The notes under the pieces: model-generated
Database searches by the model: none
Told to the model about the DNA's origin: nothing
The model's input: only the letters and a program-made list of their open reading frames with translations
Shown here: positions 26,060 to 34,318 of the stretch, in pieces
Layout of the letters: every line of letters starts with the position of its first letter
Position numbering within the stretch: position 1 is the stretch's first letter
From: a virus
Lineage: Duplodnaviria; Caudoviricetes
DNA: 39,411 nucleotides
Virus record (IMG/VR): IMGVR_UViG_3300025018_000279
Span: 1 to 39,411 of that record
Strand: one strand, 5' to 3'
Translations under genes and position numbers: made by a program

Positions 26060-26390
26060 CGAAGGTTTTCAACAACTTGCACGACCAAGGACCGGTGCCA
26101 ACGCCAGCCCCTACAGATTTTCCGGGCAACGTAGTGGCAAAATAGTGGGTTTGTAGGGGCTTTTTGTCTATATCTTTCAATAGGTTGTTATATACTACTA
26201 CACCCCTACGCCACATCTGGGCATACCCAAGCATGCGCACAGGTGCGCGCAGGCGCATGTGAGGGTGGGTATTTAGTTCTGTAGGGGCGTAGGGGGCTCT
26301 TATTATCCAGCCGAGCCAAGGGCTTACTCCACTACTTTGCAACGTAGGGGCCTTGTAGGGGCGTAGGGGGCTTGACTTTTCCAAAGTCAG
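26060..26390. other. Putative replication origin with GTAGGGG iterons
   Basis: 8 perfect GTAGGGG copies plus GTAGTGG variants in both orientations around an AT-rich patch; IHF-like boxes; right after the helicase gene. Confidence 0.75.
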
Positions 26391-26436
26391 TGTTTTCTGC
26401 CCCTGACCCAAATCTGCCAAGACGTCGCGCGTAATC

Positions 26437-26465
26437 ATTATCGGATCAAACGGGTGTGGGTGCAA
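26437..26465 (-). promoter_or_regulatory. Putative sigma70 promoter facing terS and the late genes
   Basis: TTGCAC-N17-GATAAT on the minus strand. Confidence 0.45.
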
Positions 26466-26527
26466 GCAAGAACGGGCGGCGGAATGGCCGTTGCAGATCA
26501 GTGCCTTAAACGCGCTCGTGGCGGGTA

Positions 26528-28567
26528 TCATGTATAATCCCCCTGATCATCGGGGGCGAACCGGGGGCTGGGTGCGGCGCTGCGCACCTCGTCGCCATCC
26601 AGCGCCATCAGGCCCGGCATGGCGCTGAAGGGCACATCCGTGCCGCGCGTCTGCACCCCTTGCAGATAGCGCGATGCAGCCGATGGTTTGGCTCCCGGCG
26701 CCCGCAAAAGCGACTGCGACCACGCCCCGCCAGCCCATTTCGACCCGATGAACACATCCTTCAGTCCCTGCACCTTCTGTGTGGCGACAAAAAGCACCGG
26801 CACCTCGCGTGTGCCAACCACCCGCAAGCCGATGCTGGCCAGCGAGACGTTGGCCCGCCGCGCCTGGTCATCGAGATGGTCCAGCGATGCCTCGCCAAAC
26901 AGCCGGTTGCCCGCCCCAGGGCGGCCCGCCGCGGCCTTCAGCCAGATCGCCACGGTAAAGCGCTCGCCGCGCCGGAACGGATCGAATTGCTGGCTCAAGA
27001 GATGCGTCAGCACTTCGTCATCGTCGCTCTGACCCTCTTTCGACAACGCCTTGAAGTGCCGCGCCAGCTTGGCCGTCCAGCCCGCCAGCTTGTCCTCGGA
27101 TGGCAGCTCCGCCGCCTCGGCCATGTCGGCCATGGCAATGGTGGTGGCCCAGTTGGCGGCGTCGCGCCCACTGATGCCATGCACCGCAAAAGCCTCGCGC
27201 CACATCTCGAGGCGCTGCGCCCAGGTCGGCCAGCGATCGATCAAAAGCCGCTTCAGGGCCGCGCCACGCTTGCGCCAGGTCTCGGCGCGCAGGTTTGGCG
27301 GCACTGCCCCGTCGCCGACCTTCTGCAGGCTCAGGACGATGATCCGCTGCAAATCCTGCGCCTGCAAGACGCCGGGGATCAGGATCGAGGACGCCATGAA
27401 GGTGCTGCGGATGATGGTCTCCGAAACCCCCTGCGCCGCATCCGACCGCAACCGCCGCCCGCCGGATGAGGCGATGCGGATCAGCTCGACAATCGCCTTT
27501 TCCTTGGGGCTGCCCTCGTCGGTGGCCTCAAGCTCGTCCAGCATCACCGGCAGGGTGGACATGCGCAAAAAGTTGGCAATCGACGCGGATGTTGCGTTTT
27601 CGGCCTTGATCTGGCCCTTGTCGCCGCCGTGCAACAGGCTGATCAGGGTATGCAGCAAGGACTTGCCAGCCCCAGCGCCACCCGTCACCCAGAACTGCGG
27701 CCGCCATTCCAATGCCCCGCCCAGCATCTGGCAGCCCAGCATGCCAAGCGCCAGCATGGCGTCGATCTCGGGCCGCTCCCAAGCCCACGTCTCCAGCGCC
27801 TCCATGATGTCGGGCACCGGGTCGGTGACCTTGCCGGTCATTATTGGGTGCGGGATCGGGCTGTAGGCCGGGTAAATCTTGCCCTGGTGCGCCTGCGTCG
27901 TGATCTCGGCCCCGGCAATCAGCAGCCGGTCGCCCAGGTGATAGATCAACTGGCCGTCATCATCGACCCAGGCCCCAACACCGCGCACCGCACCCTGCGG
28001 ATCGAAAATGCCGCAATCGGCACAGGCGGCAATCACGTCGGTGCTGCACTTGTCCTGGTCAAACCGGCCCGCCGTCGGGGTGTGCGACCCCTTGGCATAG
28101 GCCGGGTATTGGTGATGCAGCAAGTGCTGGCGGTTGCCAAACAGCGTCTTGATGGTCTGCAGATCAATCTTGGTCTCGGGCCGAAGCTGGCCGTGGATAT
28201 CCAGCAGGTATTGCACCTTGCCGTTGACCCCCAGCGCCTTGACCGGGCAGCCCTGCCAGATCTCGCCAAACGGGCGCGGCCGCGCCGATAACCGCCCCTT
28301 GCCGGGCACCGGCTCGGGTGCGCCCTCGGGCGGATCGAGGTCGCCCGGCGCATAGGGCGGTGCCTGATCGCGACCTGGTGCATCCGGGCCACCCACGACC
28401 GGCGGGTTGTTGAGCCGCGCCCCCAGCGCCTCCAGCGGGCGCAGCGACGTCACCTTGCCCCTGGCCTTGGGCGCGGGCTGGTCGGGTGCGGGAAACGCAT
28501 CCGGCATCCAGCTATCGTCAATCGGGTCGGTGCTCGGGCCTGGGGGCGGGGTGTCAGGCTGCGTCAT
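26528..28567 (-). CDS. Replicative helicase/initiator (P-loop ATPase) with a putative C-terminal origin-binding domain
   Basis: Walker A VTGGAGAGKS, Walker B VMLDELE, LIRIASSGG; downstream of primase and adjacent to the iterons. Confidence 0.85.
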   Translation of the reverse strand: MTQPDTPPPGPSTDPIDDSWMPDAFPAPDQPAPKARGKVTSLRPLEALGARLNNPPVVGGPDAPGRDQAPPYAPGDLDPPEGAPEPVPGKGRLSARPRPFGEIWQGCPVKALGVNGKVQYLLDIHGQLRPETKIDLQTIKTLFGNRQHLLHHQYPAYAKGSHTPTAGRFDQDKCSTDVIAACADCGIFDPQGAVRGVGAWVDDDGQLIYHLGDRLLIAGAEITTQAHQGKIYPAYSPIPHPIMTGKVTDPVPDIMEALETWAWERPEIDAMLALGMLGCQMLGGALEWRPQFWVTGGAGAGKSLLHTLISLLHGGDKGQIKAENATSASIANFLRMSTLPVMLDELEATDEGSPKEKAIVELIRIASSGGRRLRSDAAQGVSETIIRSTFMASSILIPGVLQAQDLQRIIVLSLQKVGDGAVPPNLRAETWRKRGAALKRLLIDRWPTWAQRLEMWREAFAVHGISGRDAANWATTIAMADMAEAAELPSEDKLAGWTAKLARHFKALSKEGQSDDDEVLTHLLSQQFDPFRRGERFTVAIWLKAAAGRPGAGNRLFGEASLDHLDDQARRANVSLASIGLRVVGTREVPVLFVATQKVQGLKDVFIGSKWAGGAWSQSLLRAPGAKPSAASRYLQGVQTRGTDVPFSAMPGLMALDGDEVRSAAPSPRFAPDDQGDYT

Positions 28568-28850
28568 GACGCGCCCCCACGTCTGCGCGAGGCGCGGCCT
28601 CGGGATGGCTCGGACCGTAGGCTTTCAGGGTCTGGGCGCGGTCGCCTCTGATCATGTGGCGGATCAGCGTCTGGGCGGCCTGCGCGCGGCCTGACTTGGC
28701 CGCAATGGTGCAATAGTGGTGCTGCAGATGCCACGCTGACCAGGGCGACACCGCATAGGCCACCGCCCGGCGCAACAGCGGCGGCAGGGCATCATAGGCC
28801 CGCAAGTCCTCGCTCCGCGTCACCAACTTATCGCCATAGCCGTTGCTCAT
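28554..28850 (-). CDS. Hypothetical protein resembling DUF6525
   Basis: AYDALPPLLRRAVAYAVSPWS motif; ATGA start at 28850. Confidence 0.7.
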   Translation of the reverse strand: MSNGYGDKLVTRSEDLRAYDALPPLLRRAVAYAVSPWSAWHLQHHYCTIAAKSGRAQAAQTLIRHMIRGDRAQTLKAYGPSHPEAAPRADVGARHDAA

Positions 28851-29026
28851 GCCGACACCCGCTTCTTGCAGGCAAACGCCACCCACAGGCCAGGATTTGC
28901 GGCCTGCAACACCGTCGCCATGCCGTACCCCGCCACCTTGCAGGTCTGCTCGCTCACCAGATAGCCGACCTGCGTCTGGCTGACCGGGCCGCCCATGGTC
29001 ATGATCAGGATCAAGGCCCAGTCCAT
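28847..29026 (-). CDS. 59-aa protein not in the ORF track (MDWALILIMTMGG...CKKRVSA)
   Basis: Translated by hand; TGATG overlap upstream and ATGA overlap downstream; hydrophobic N-terminus and two Cys. Confidence 0.75.
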   Translation of the reverse strand: MDWALILIMTMGGPVSQTQVGYLVSEQTCKVAGYGMATVLQAANPGLWVAFACKKRVSA

Positions 29027-29307
29027 CAGCGGGCCTCCCTGGCGTAAGCGGCCATGATCCCCGGTGGGATATTGAGGCCCAGAGAATTTAGCGGCGCGTA
29101 CGCATCACGCAGCCGCGCCCGCAATTTGCGCAGCCGGTCGCTTTCGTGATACTCGCCGCGGGCCCGAAGTATTTCGATGACATCACCCAGATCATCGGCT
29201 GTGAAGTGGGAGGCAAATAGCAGGTCAGCTATGCCTGACCGGCACGCGAAATCGTCGGCGCTGGTGGCACGCTCAAAGGCCCTGTTGATCCGTGGATCGT
29301 CCATCAC
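29026..29307 (-). CDS. Hypothetical protein (93 aa)
   Basis: Coupled to the primase stop and to the next ORF. Confidence 0.7.
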   Translation of the reverse strand: MMDDPRINRAFERATSADDFACRSGIADLLFASHFTADDLGDVIEILRARGEYHESDRLRKLRARLRDAYAPLNSLGLNIPPGIMAAYAREAR

Positions 29308-30458
29308 GCCGCCCCCTCCTGCTCGTCGCGCAGCAGCCGCTGCAGCCGGTCGTTCAGATCCTCGCCGGGCCGGTCCGATTGCCAGAGCCGCACCAGCCGC
29401 CCCGCCTTGGCATGGGCCGCCACCGCTTGCGCCAGCCCGGCCTGCGCCTGCGGATGCGCGTCGGCGTCACCGATCAGCACCACCTCGGCCACATTGGCGG
29501 GCAGCTCGACCAGCGCCATGTTGCTCAGCGATACCGCCGCCAGCACCCGCAGGTCAGGCCGCAACATCACCGCCGACAGGGCGGTTTCAATTCCCTCGGC
29601 GATGTAAACCCTGGTGCCGGGCGGGCAGGTCGCCAAAGGGCAGCCCTTGCCGCCCTTCGGCCCGGCCCCCGACCACAGCCGCACCGCGCCGCCGCGATAG
29701 TCGCCCAGCACCTTCTTGGCGTCGCGCAGCGCCGCCTTGGCCCACAGCCCGGTCGGCCCATAGGCCAGATAGGTGCGGTGGGTGGCGATGTGCTCGCCCT
29801 TGGCGTTGGTGATCGCCGTCACCATCGCGGGCAGATTGACCCGGCGCGGCGTCACCTCGCCGGTCTCGGGGTTGATCACCTCGTCGAGATACAGACAGTC
29901 GGGGTGATAGCGGATCGCCCGCGGTTGCCGCCCCAGCGGTGCCAGATCAAGGCCGCGGTTCGCCAGATACAGCGCCACCGGCGTGCCTGCGATCCGCTCT
30001 TGCGCCGACAGCCACAGCCCCCGCGCCGCCTTGCGCCGCCGCACTGCCTTTTCCGCCTGCGCCGCCACCTCGGCCACCCGCCGCTTTGCCGCCGCCTGCG
30101 CCGCCAGATTGCGCGCCCGGCGTAGCTCGGGGCTCTCGGTCTCCAGCCCCAGAAACGCCCGCGCCTCCCTGATCGTATCCGCCAGCGTGAGGCCCAGCGA
30201 CAGCGCGATCAGGTCGATCACATCGCCCTTTGCGCCGGTGGCAAAGTCGCACCACCGCCCCGCCATCGGCCCGGCCAGATGGATGCAGAAACTGCCGACC
30301 GACCGGTCAGCCCGGCCCGGATTGAGGGTGAAATACAGCCCGCCCTTGCGATAGCTGCCTTGCGCGGGCGGCGCATAGCGATCGACCACTGCGGGCAACT
30401 GGTCCAGCAAGCGCCCCTTGATCTCGTCCAGGCTGTAGGTCTGGCGGACCTCGGCCAT
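29304..30458 (-). CDS. DNA primase (Toprim domain; degenerate Zn-binding N-terminus)
   Basis: YLANRGL, HRTYL, KKVLG, IAEGIETALS, IGDAD, EDLND motifs. Confidence 0.92.
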   Translation of the reverse strand: MAEVRQTYSLDEIKGRLLDQLPAVVDRYAPPAQGSYRKGGLYFTLNPGRADRSVGSFCIHLAGPMAGRWCDFATGAKGDVIDLIALSLGLTLADTIREARAFLGLETESPELRRARNLAAQAAAKRRVAEVAAQAEKAVRRRKAARGLWLSAQERIAGTPVALYLANRGLDLAPLGRQPRAIRYHPDCLYLDEVINPETGEVTPRRVNLPAMVTAITNAKGEHIATHRTYLAYGPTGLWAKAALRDAKKVLGDYRGGAVRLWSGAGPKGGKGCPLATCPPGTRVYIAEGIETALSAVMLRPDLRVLAAVSLSNMALVELPANVAEVVLIGDADAHPQAQAGLAQAVAAHAKAGRLVRLWQSDRPGEDLNDRLQRLLRDEQEGAA

Positions 30459-30462
30459 CGCC

Positions 30463-31491
30463 CTATTCCGCTGCCGCTTGGGTCGGGAACAGCCGGGCCA
30501 GCCCCTCCTGCACCGCCGACCGGGTGAACCGCCGCGCCCACTTGTCATCGGCATCGCGGTGCAGCCCGGTCAGCAGATCGAACCGCGACTTGACCGCGCC
30601 CACATCAACCCCGAGGTCGGCCGAAATCTCGGTAAACTGCCAGCCCGTGCAGGCCAGATCGATCAGGTCGATATCCATCGCCGCAGTCCAGGGCGCGCCA
30701 TTACGCCGGATCGCCAGCAGATGCGCATCGAGGTCGGCGGTGAAGTTTTTGCCCGGTGCATTCGGGGCGAGCTCTTGCTGATGATCCGGCGGCGTCACCA
30801 CGGCCGCCACCTCAGGCGCTGGATCAGGGGTCGCAGCGCCGCCCGCCGCGATCGCGGCCGCCAGCTTGTGGCTCAACCGAAACCGCGTCGCGTCAAGCGG
30901 TCGCCCGACGATCTCGGCCACCTGAACTGCGGCTTGGTTCCGCGATATGCCACGCTCCATCAGCCGCACACATTCCGTAATCGCCAGGCGATCCTCCTGC
31001 TCGGTCCAGGGCTGTTGTCGGGTGTACCTCGGCACCTGCGGCGCGGGCTGATCGGCAGGGGCGACCGCCGCGACCTGCGCCACCGCTACCGGCTCCGGCT
31101 CCGGCTCGACCACAACGGGCGACGGAACCGGGGCTGCCACCTCAGCCCCGTCGCCCTGATCGACCAGCCCCGCTTCGGAAAGCGTCTGCCCGGGCTGGTC
31201 GGTTGCTACGGCGCCGCACAGACCGAGCTTTCGCGCCCAGTCCGTCAGCCGCGCAAGCTCGTCCTCATATCCCTCGGTCCCAGCATCCGGCCACCGGTGG
31301 CCAGGCGGCAGCGGCACTTCCGCCGGCAGCACGATGGCATTGAGGTGGATCACCGGTGCCCGCCCCGGCGTCAGATCGACCTTGGGCGCAAAACCGGCAT
31401 CCGACAGCAGTTCCATGACCCTGCTGATCGTCTGCAATTTGTCGCACAGCGCGTTCAGATCATCGCGATTAAGTTCATCAAGCACCAGCAT
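30463..31491 (-). CDS. Putative DNA-binding protein with two Myb/GcrA-like HTH repeats
   Basis: PWTEQEDRLA...VAEIVGRPLDATRFRL and PWTAAMDIDL...EISADLGVDVGAVKSRF. Confidence 0.7.
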   Translation of the reverse strand: MLVLDELNRDDLNALCDKLQTISRVMELLSDAGFAPKVDLTPGRAPVIHLNAIVLPAEVPLPPGHRWPDAGTEGYEDELARLTDWARKLGLCGAVATDQPGQTLSEAGLVDQGDGAEVAAPVPSPVVVEPEPEPVAVAQVAAVAPADQPAPQVPRYTRQQPWTEQEDRLAITECVRLMERGISRNQAAVQVAEIVGRPLDATRFRLSHKLAAAIAAGGAATPDPAPEVAAVVTPPDHQQELAPNAPGKNFTADLDAHLLAIRRNGAPWTAAMDIDLIDLACTGWQFTEISADLGVDVGAVKSRFDLLTGLHRDADDKWARRFTRSAVQEGLARLFPTQAAAE

Positions 31492-31855
31492 CGTCCCTGT
31501 CTCCCTCTGCAAGCCTGCGAAACGGTTCGGCGGCCGCAGCCCCGCGCCAATAGAAAAAATCGGCCAGCACGGCCCGGGCATCCAGCATCACCTTCACCCA
31601 GATCGCCGCACCGGCCGTGGTCCGGCTCGCAGGCTCGGCCGCCAGCACCGCCCATCCCGCCGCTTCCAGCTTCTGGAACAGCGGCACCGGCACCGGCTGA
31701 CACGCCGCCTGCACGTCGCGCAGATCGGCCATCATCAGCGGCCAGCGATCGTCGCGGATGACCTGGCAGGCCATGAAAGCCAGCACATTCACCAGCGCCG
31801 CATGGGCGCGCGGCATCGTGGCCGGCGTGGCGGCGGGGGCTGCGATCTCAGCCAT
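31478..31855 (-). CDS. Hypothetical protein (125 aa)
   Basis: GGAGG RBS before ATG 31855; overlaps neighbours. Confidence 0.75.
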   Translation of the reverse strand: MAEIAAPAATPATMPRAHAALVNVLAFMACQVIRDDRWPLMMADLRDVQAACQPVPVPLFQKLEAAGWAVLAAEPASRTTAGAAIWVKVMLDARAVLADFFYWRGAAAAEPFRRLAEGDRDDAGA

Positions 31856-32141
31856 CGATATCCCTCCGGAACCGGCGGGCGGGCGCATCCGGCCGCAATG
31901 ATACGTCCAGCGCCGCCTGCAAATTCTCGCCCAGCAGCCGCAGCGCATAGGCGTCGCGGTGCAGCGCCTGGTATTGCGTCGCAAACAGGATCACCGCCGA
32001 GCGCAGATCGTCGCCCGGCGCCAGCAGCTCCTCGGCCTTGCAGCGCATGTCATCAACCGCGAATTCTTCCAGCTCGCCACAGCGCGCCTGCATCGCCGCC
32101 GCGAAAACCGCAATCCGCACCACCACCGCCGGGTCACTCAT
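31848..32141 (-). CDS. Hypothetical protein (97 aa)
   Basis: ATG 32141 in an ATGA overlap; helical composition. Confidence 0.7.
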   Translation of the reverse strand: MSDPAVVVRIAVFAAAMQARCGELEEFAVDDMRCKAEELLAPGDDLRSAVILFATQYQALHRDAYALRLLGENLQAALDVSLRPDAPARRFRRDIDG

Positions 32142-32365
32142 CGCCAAATCCTGCGGGTGCGGCAAGAGGCCAGGGAGGCCACCCCTGCCGCACCCTTGGC
32201 CGCGCGGGCTTGCAACCACGCGACCGCCGCCGGGTTGCCTAACCCCGGACGGAACCGAATAGAAAAGGCGGAGATGCCAGCATGCACCTCCGCCAGGTGG
32301 GGGGATGGGGTCGATGCGGGAACCCACAGACCCGCAGACACGCCTGAACCCCCTGGAAACCTCAT
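32138..32365 (-). CDS. Hypothetical protein (75 aa, MRFPGGSG...)
   Basis: ATGA overlaps at both ends; GGAGG RBS inside the cro 3' end. Confidence 0.45.
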   Translation of the reverse strand: MRFPGGSGVSAGLWVPASTPSPHLAEVHAGISAFSIRFRPGLGNPAAVAWLQARAAKGAAGVASLASCRTRRIWR

Positions 32366-32673
32366 GCCGCTGCCTCCATCCGGCAACTGCTGAACGCCGC
32401 CACCGCCTGACGCTCGGCCAGAATGCGCGCCACCTCGGCCTCGGGCGCGCCCCAGATCAGATGATCGGCCACCAGCCCCAACTGCCGCGCCGCCGAATAG
32501 GCCAGCAACCGGCGCATTACCCAGGCCGACGGCAGGTCGCCCGCCCGCCGGTTCGAGTTGGCATGCCGCCAGTGATAGGCCGCCTTGCCCCGCTGACCCG
32601 CCGCCCGCGCGACCTGCTCGGGCTTTCCGATCAGCGCTTCGCATACCTGCATTGGGGTGAGGTTAGGTGACAT
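32362..32673 (-). CDS. cro: Cro-like repressor
   Basis: Divergent from cI; LIGKPEQVARAAG...AAYHW...GDLPS HTH pattern. Confidence 0.8.
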   Translation of the reverse strand: MSPNLTPMQVCEALIGKPEQVARAAGQRGKAAYHWRHANSNRRAGDLPSAWVMRRLLAYSAARQLGLVADHLIWGAPEAEVARILAERQAVAAFSSCRMEAAA

Positions 32674-32680
32674 GATACAG

Positions 32681-32733
32681 GATATAGATCGCAAATTTCC
32701 TTTCGCGCAAGGCATATTTTGCCAATTCGGCAC
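32681..32733 (-). promoter_or_regulatory. Lytic promoter with operator (immunity region)
   Basis: Minus strand: TGCC-N5-GGCAAAATATGCC abutting TTGCGC (-35), then CTATAT/TATATC (-10) just before the cro ATG. Confidence 0.7.
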
Positions 32734-32769
32734 ATTAAATACCGGGCCGAGGTGCTTATCTGTCGCACC

Positions 32770-33384
32770 ATGGATGACAAGTGGTTCAAACAGCAGCAAA
32801 AACTCGTCGGAAAAACCGCTGATCAGATCGCCGCCGTGCTTGGCCGGGATCGCTCTGTCGTCTCCAAAATACTGGCCGGAAAGCAGAAAATGACGCTGGA
32901 GTGGGCCACCGCCTTCGCTCAGGCGCTAGAAGTGCCGCTCGCCACCGTGCTGGAAAAGGCCGGGACCGCCGATTTGCCCGTGGCGCGCCAGATCGCACCG
33001 GGATTTGCCGAAAGCGATGCCGCCGTCTGGCTGCCGGGGCCGGGTCTGGCCGAGGCCGCTGTGGTGAAATCCGTCGCCGCCGCCCTTGGCGAACGCCCCG
33101 GCGTCGATGTCTGGCGGGTCAACGGCCCGTCGATGGCACTGGCCGGGCTGCTGACCGGCGATCTGATGCTGGTTGACAGCCACCAGGCCGAACGGGTGCG
33201 GGCTGGCGACGTGGTGATCGCCCAGGTTTACGGCCGCCACGCCAGCGCCAGCACCGTGCTGCGCCGGTTTGAACCACCGGTGCTGGTCGCCGCCAGCACC
33301 GACCCCGCCGACGCGCGGGTGCATGTCGTCGATGGCGAAAACGTGGTGATCCGCGGCAAGGTGGTCGCAAGCTGGAGGGTATGA
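32770..33384 (+). CDS. cI: CI-like repressor (XRE HTH plus S24 peptidase-like domain)
   Basis: TADQIAAVLGRDRSVVSKILAGK HTH; VNGPSM...GDLMLVD...GDVVIA...IRGKVV S24 pattern. Confidence 0.9.
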   Translation: MDDKWFKQQQKLVGKTADQIAAVLGRDRSVVSKILAGKQKMTLEWATAFAQALEVPLATVLEKAGTADLPVARQIAPGFAESDAAVWLPGPGLAEAAVVKSVAAALGERPGVDVWRVNGPSMALAGLLTGDLMLVDSHQAERVRAGDVVIAQVYGRHASASTVLRRFEPPVLVAASTDPADARVHVVDGENVVIRGKVVASWRV

Positions 33385-33644
33385 TGCTACGATGGGCAGA
33401 CCTCGAATTCTTGTTTATGTTCTTGTTCTTCGGGGGTATGTTCTTCGGCTTGGTTTTTCTGTTTTTTACGGCTGTCGTTGAGTTGTTTCACAATTCGATT
33501 GCGCGCGACGAGGCACTGAAAGACATCACCAGAAAGCCCGGCGAATTTATCTTCGCGCTTGCATGTGCCGTCTTTGGAGTTCTCCTGTTCGGTATGCTCT
33601 TCTTCTCATTGCTAGGATTTCACACATGGATACGCTTCTATTGA
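33381..33644 (+). CDS. Small Phe-rich membrane protein with 2 TM segments (moron; possible superinfection exclusion)
   Basis: ATGA-coupled to cI; two long hydrophobic segments; visibly lower GC than the genome. Confidence 0.75.
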   Translation: MMLRWADLEFLFMFLFFGGMFFGLVFLFFTAVVELFHNSIARDEALKDITRKPGEFIFALACAVFGVLLFGMLFFSLLGFHTWIRFY

Positions 33645-33661
33645 CCTAGTCGCGCCCGCTT

Positions 33662-33985
33662 GTGATCAACGCCTGCGCCATTGCGTTCGCCGTGATCGCT
33701 ACTGCCTCGCCCGCAGCGAACTTTTGCCGCGAACCATCGCAACCATATTGCCTTTCCAGCTTTACGACCTGGGACGATGGATATTCTTTCGAGGCATGCC
33801 GCCAGGCAATGGACAGCTACCTGGCAGAAGTTGCCGCTTTTTCACGATGCCTTGGGGATTGGGTCCAAGAAACCGCAGACGAGGCACAGCGCCTTAGCGA
33901 TGCTGCCGTTTCCAGATATCAGAACGCGGTGACTTACTGGAACTGCCAGGCAGCAGGCCCTGACAGCTATTGCGGATCACCATAA
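33662..33985 (+). CDS. Putative secreted Cys-rich protein (moron)
   Basis: Signal-peptide-like N-terminus (AIAFAVIATASPAA); 6 Cys in the mature part. Confidence 0.7.
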   Translation: MINACAIAFAVIATASPAANFCREPSQPYCLSSFTTWDDGYSFEACRQAMDSYLAEVAAFSRCLGDWVQETADEAQRLSDAAVSRYQNAVTYWNCQAAGPDSYCGSP

Positions 33986-33986
33986 T

Positions 33987-34047
33987 CGCAAAATTTGCCA
34001 TATCGGCATATTTTGCCTTGACAGTCACGGGGGCTAACCCTTAACTC
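33987..34047 (+). promoter_or_regulatory. Operator plus promoter of the xis-int operon
   Basis: CGCAAAATTTGCC-ATATC-GGCATATTTTGCC (34005-34017, identical to 32711-32723) directly followed by TTGACA at 34018-34023. Confidence 0.8.
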
Positions 34048-34078
34048 TTGTGCACAAAGCTTGCACAGGAGTAGCCCC

Positions 34079-34318
34079 ATGCCGCCGCTTGCCGTTCCCC
34101 TTGCCCGCCCCGCGCCGATCGATGACCGCGCCTTGGCCCTGCTGCGCCGTGTTGCCATCGACTGCCGCAGCGGCCTTTCGACCGAGGCCGAGGCCGAATG
34201 GCTGCTGGCAAGTTGCGGTGCCCTGCTTGACGAGCTGGCCCGCCGCCGCGCCGCCATGGCCACGCTCACCCCCGCCATGGATCTGAGCAACGTCGTCATC
34301 CTCGATGCGGTGCGGTAA
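34079..34318 (+). CDS. Hypothetical protein (79 aa)
   Basis: AGGAG RBS before ATG 34079; first gene after the operator; ends with an NVV-type tail. Confidence 0.75.
   Translation: MPPLAVPLARPAPIDDRALALLRRVAIDCRSGLSTEAEAEWLLASCGALLDELARRRAAMATLTPAMDLSNVVILDAVR

Noticed and set aside
30180-30340. Zn-less primase N-terminal domain as a novelty
   Set aside because: Loss of the Cys/His ligands in this NP.R.D...SF...W.DFATG..GD pattern is, to my knowledge, common in related phage and plasmid primases.
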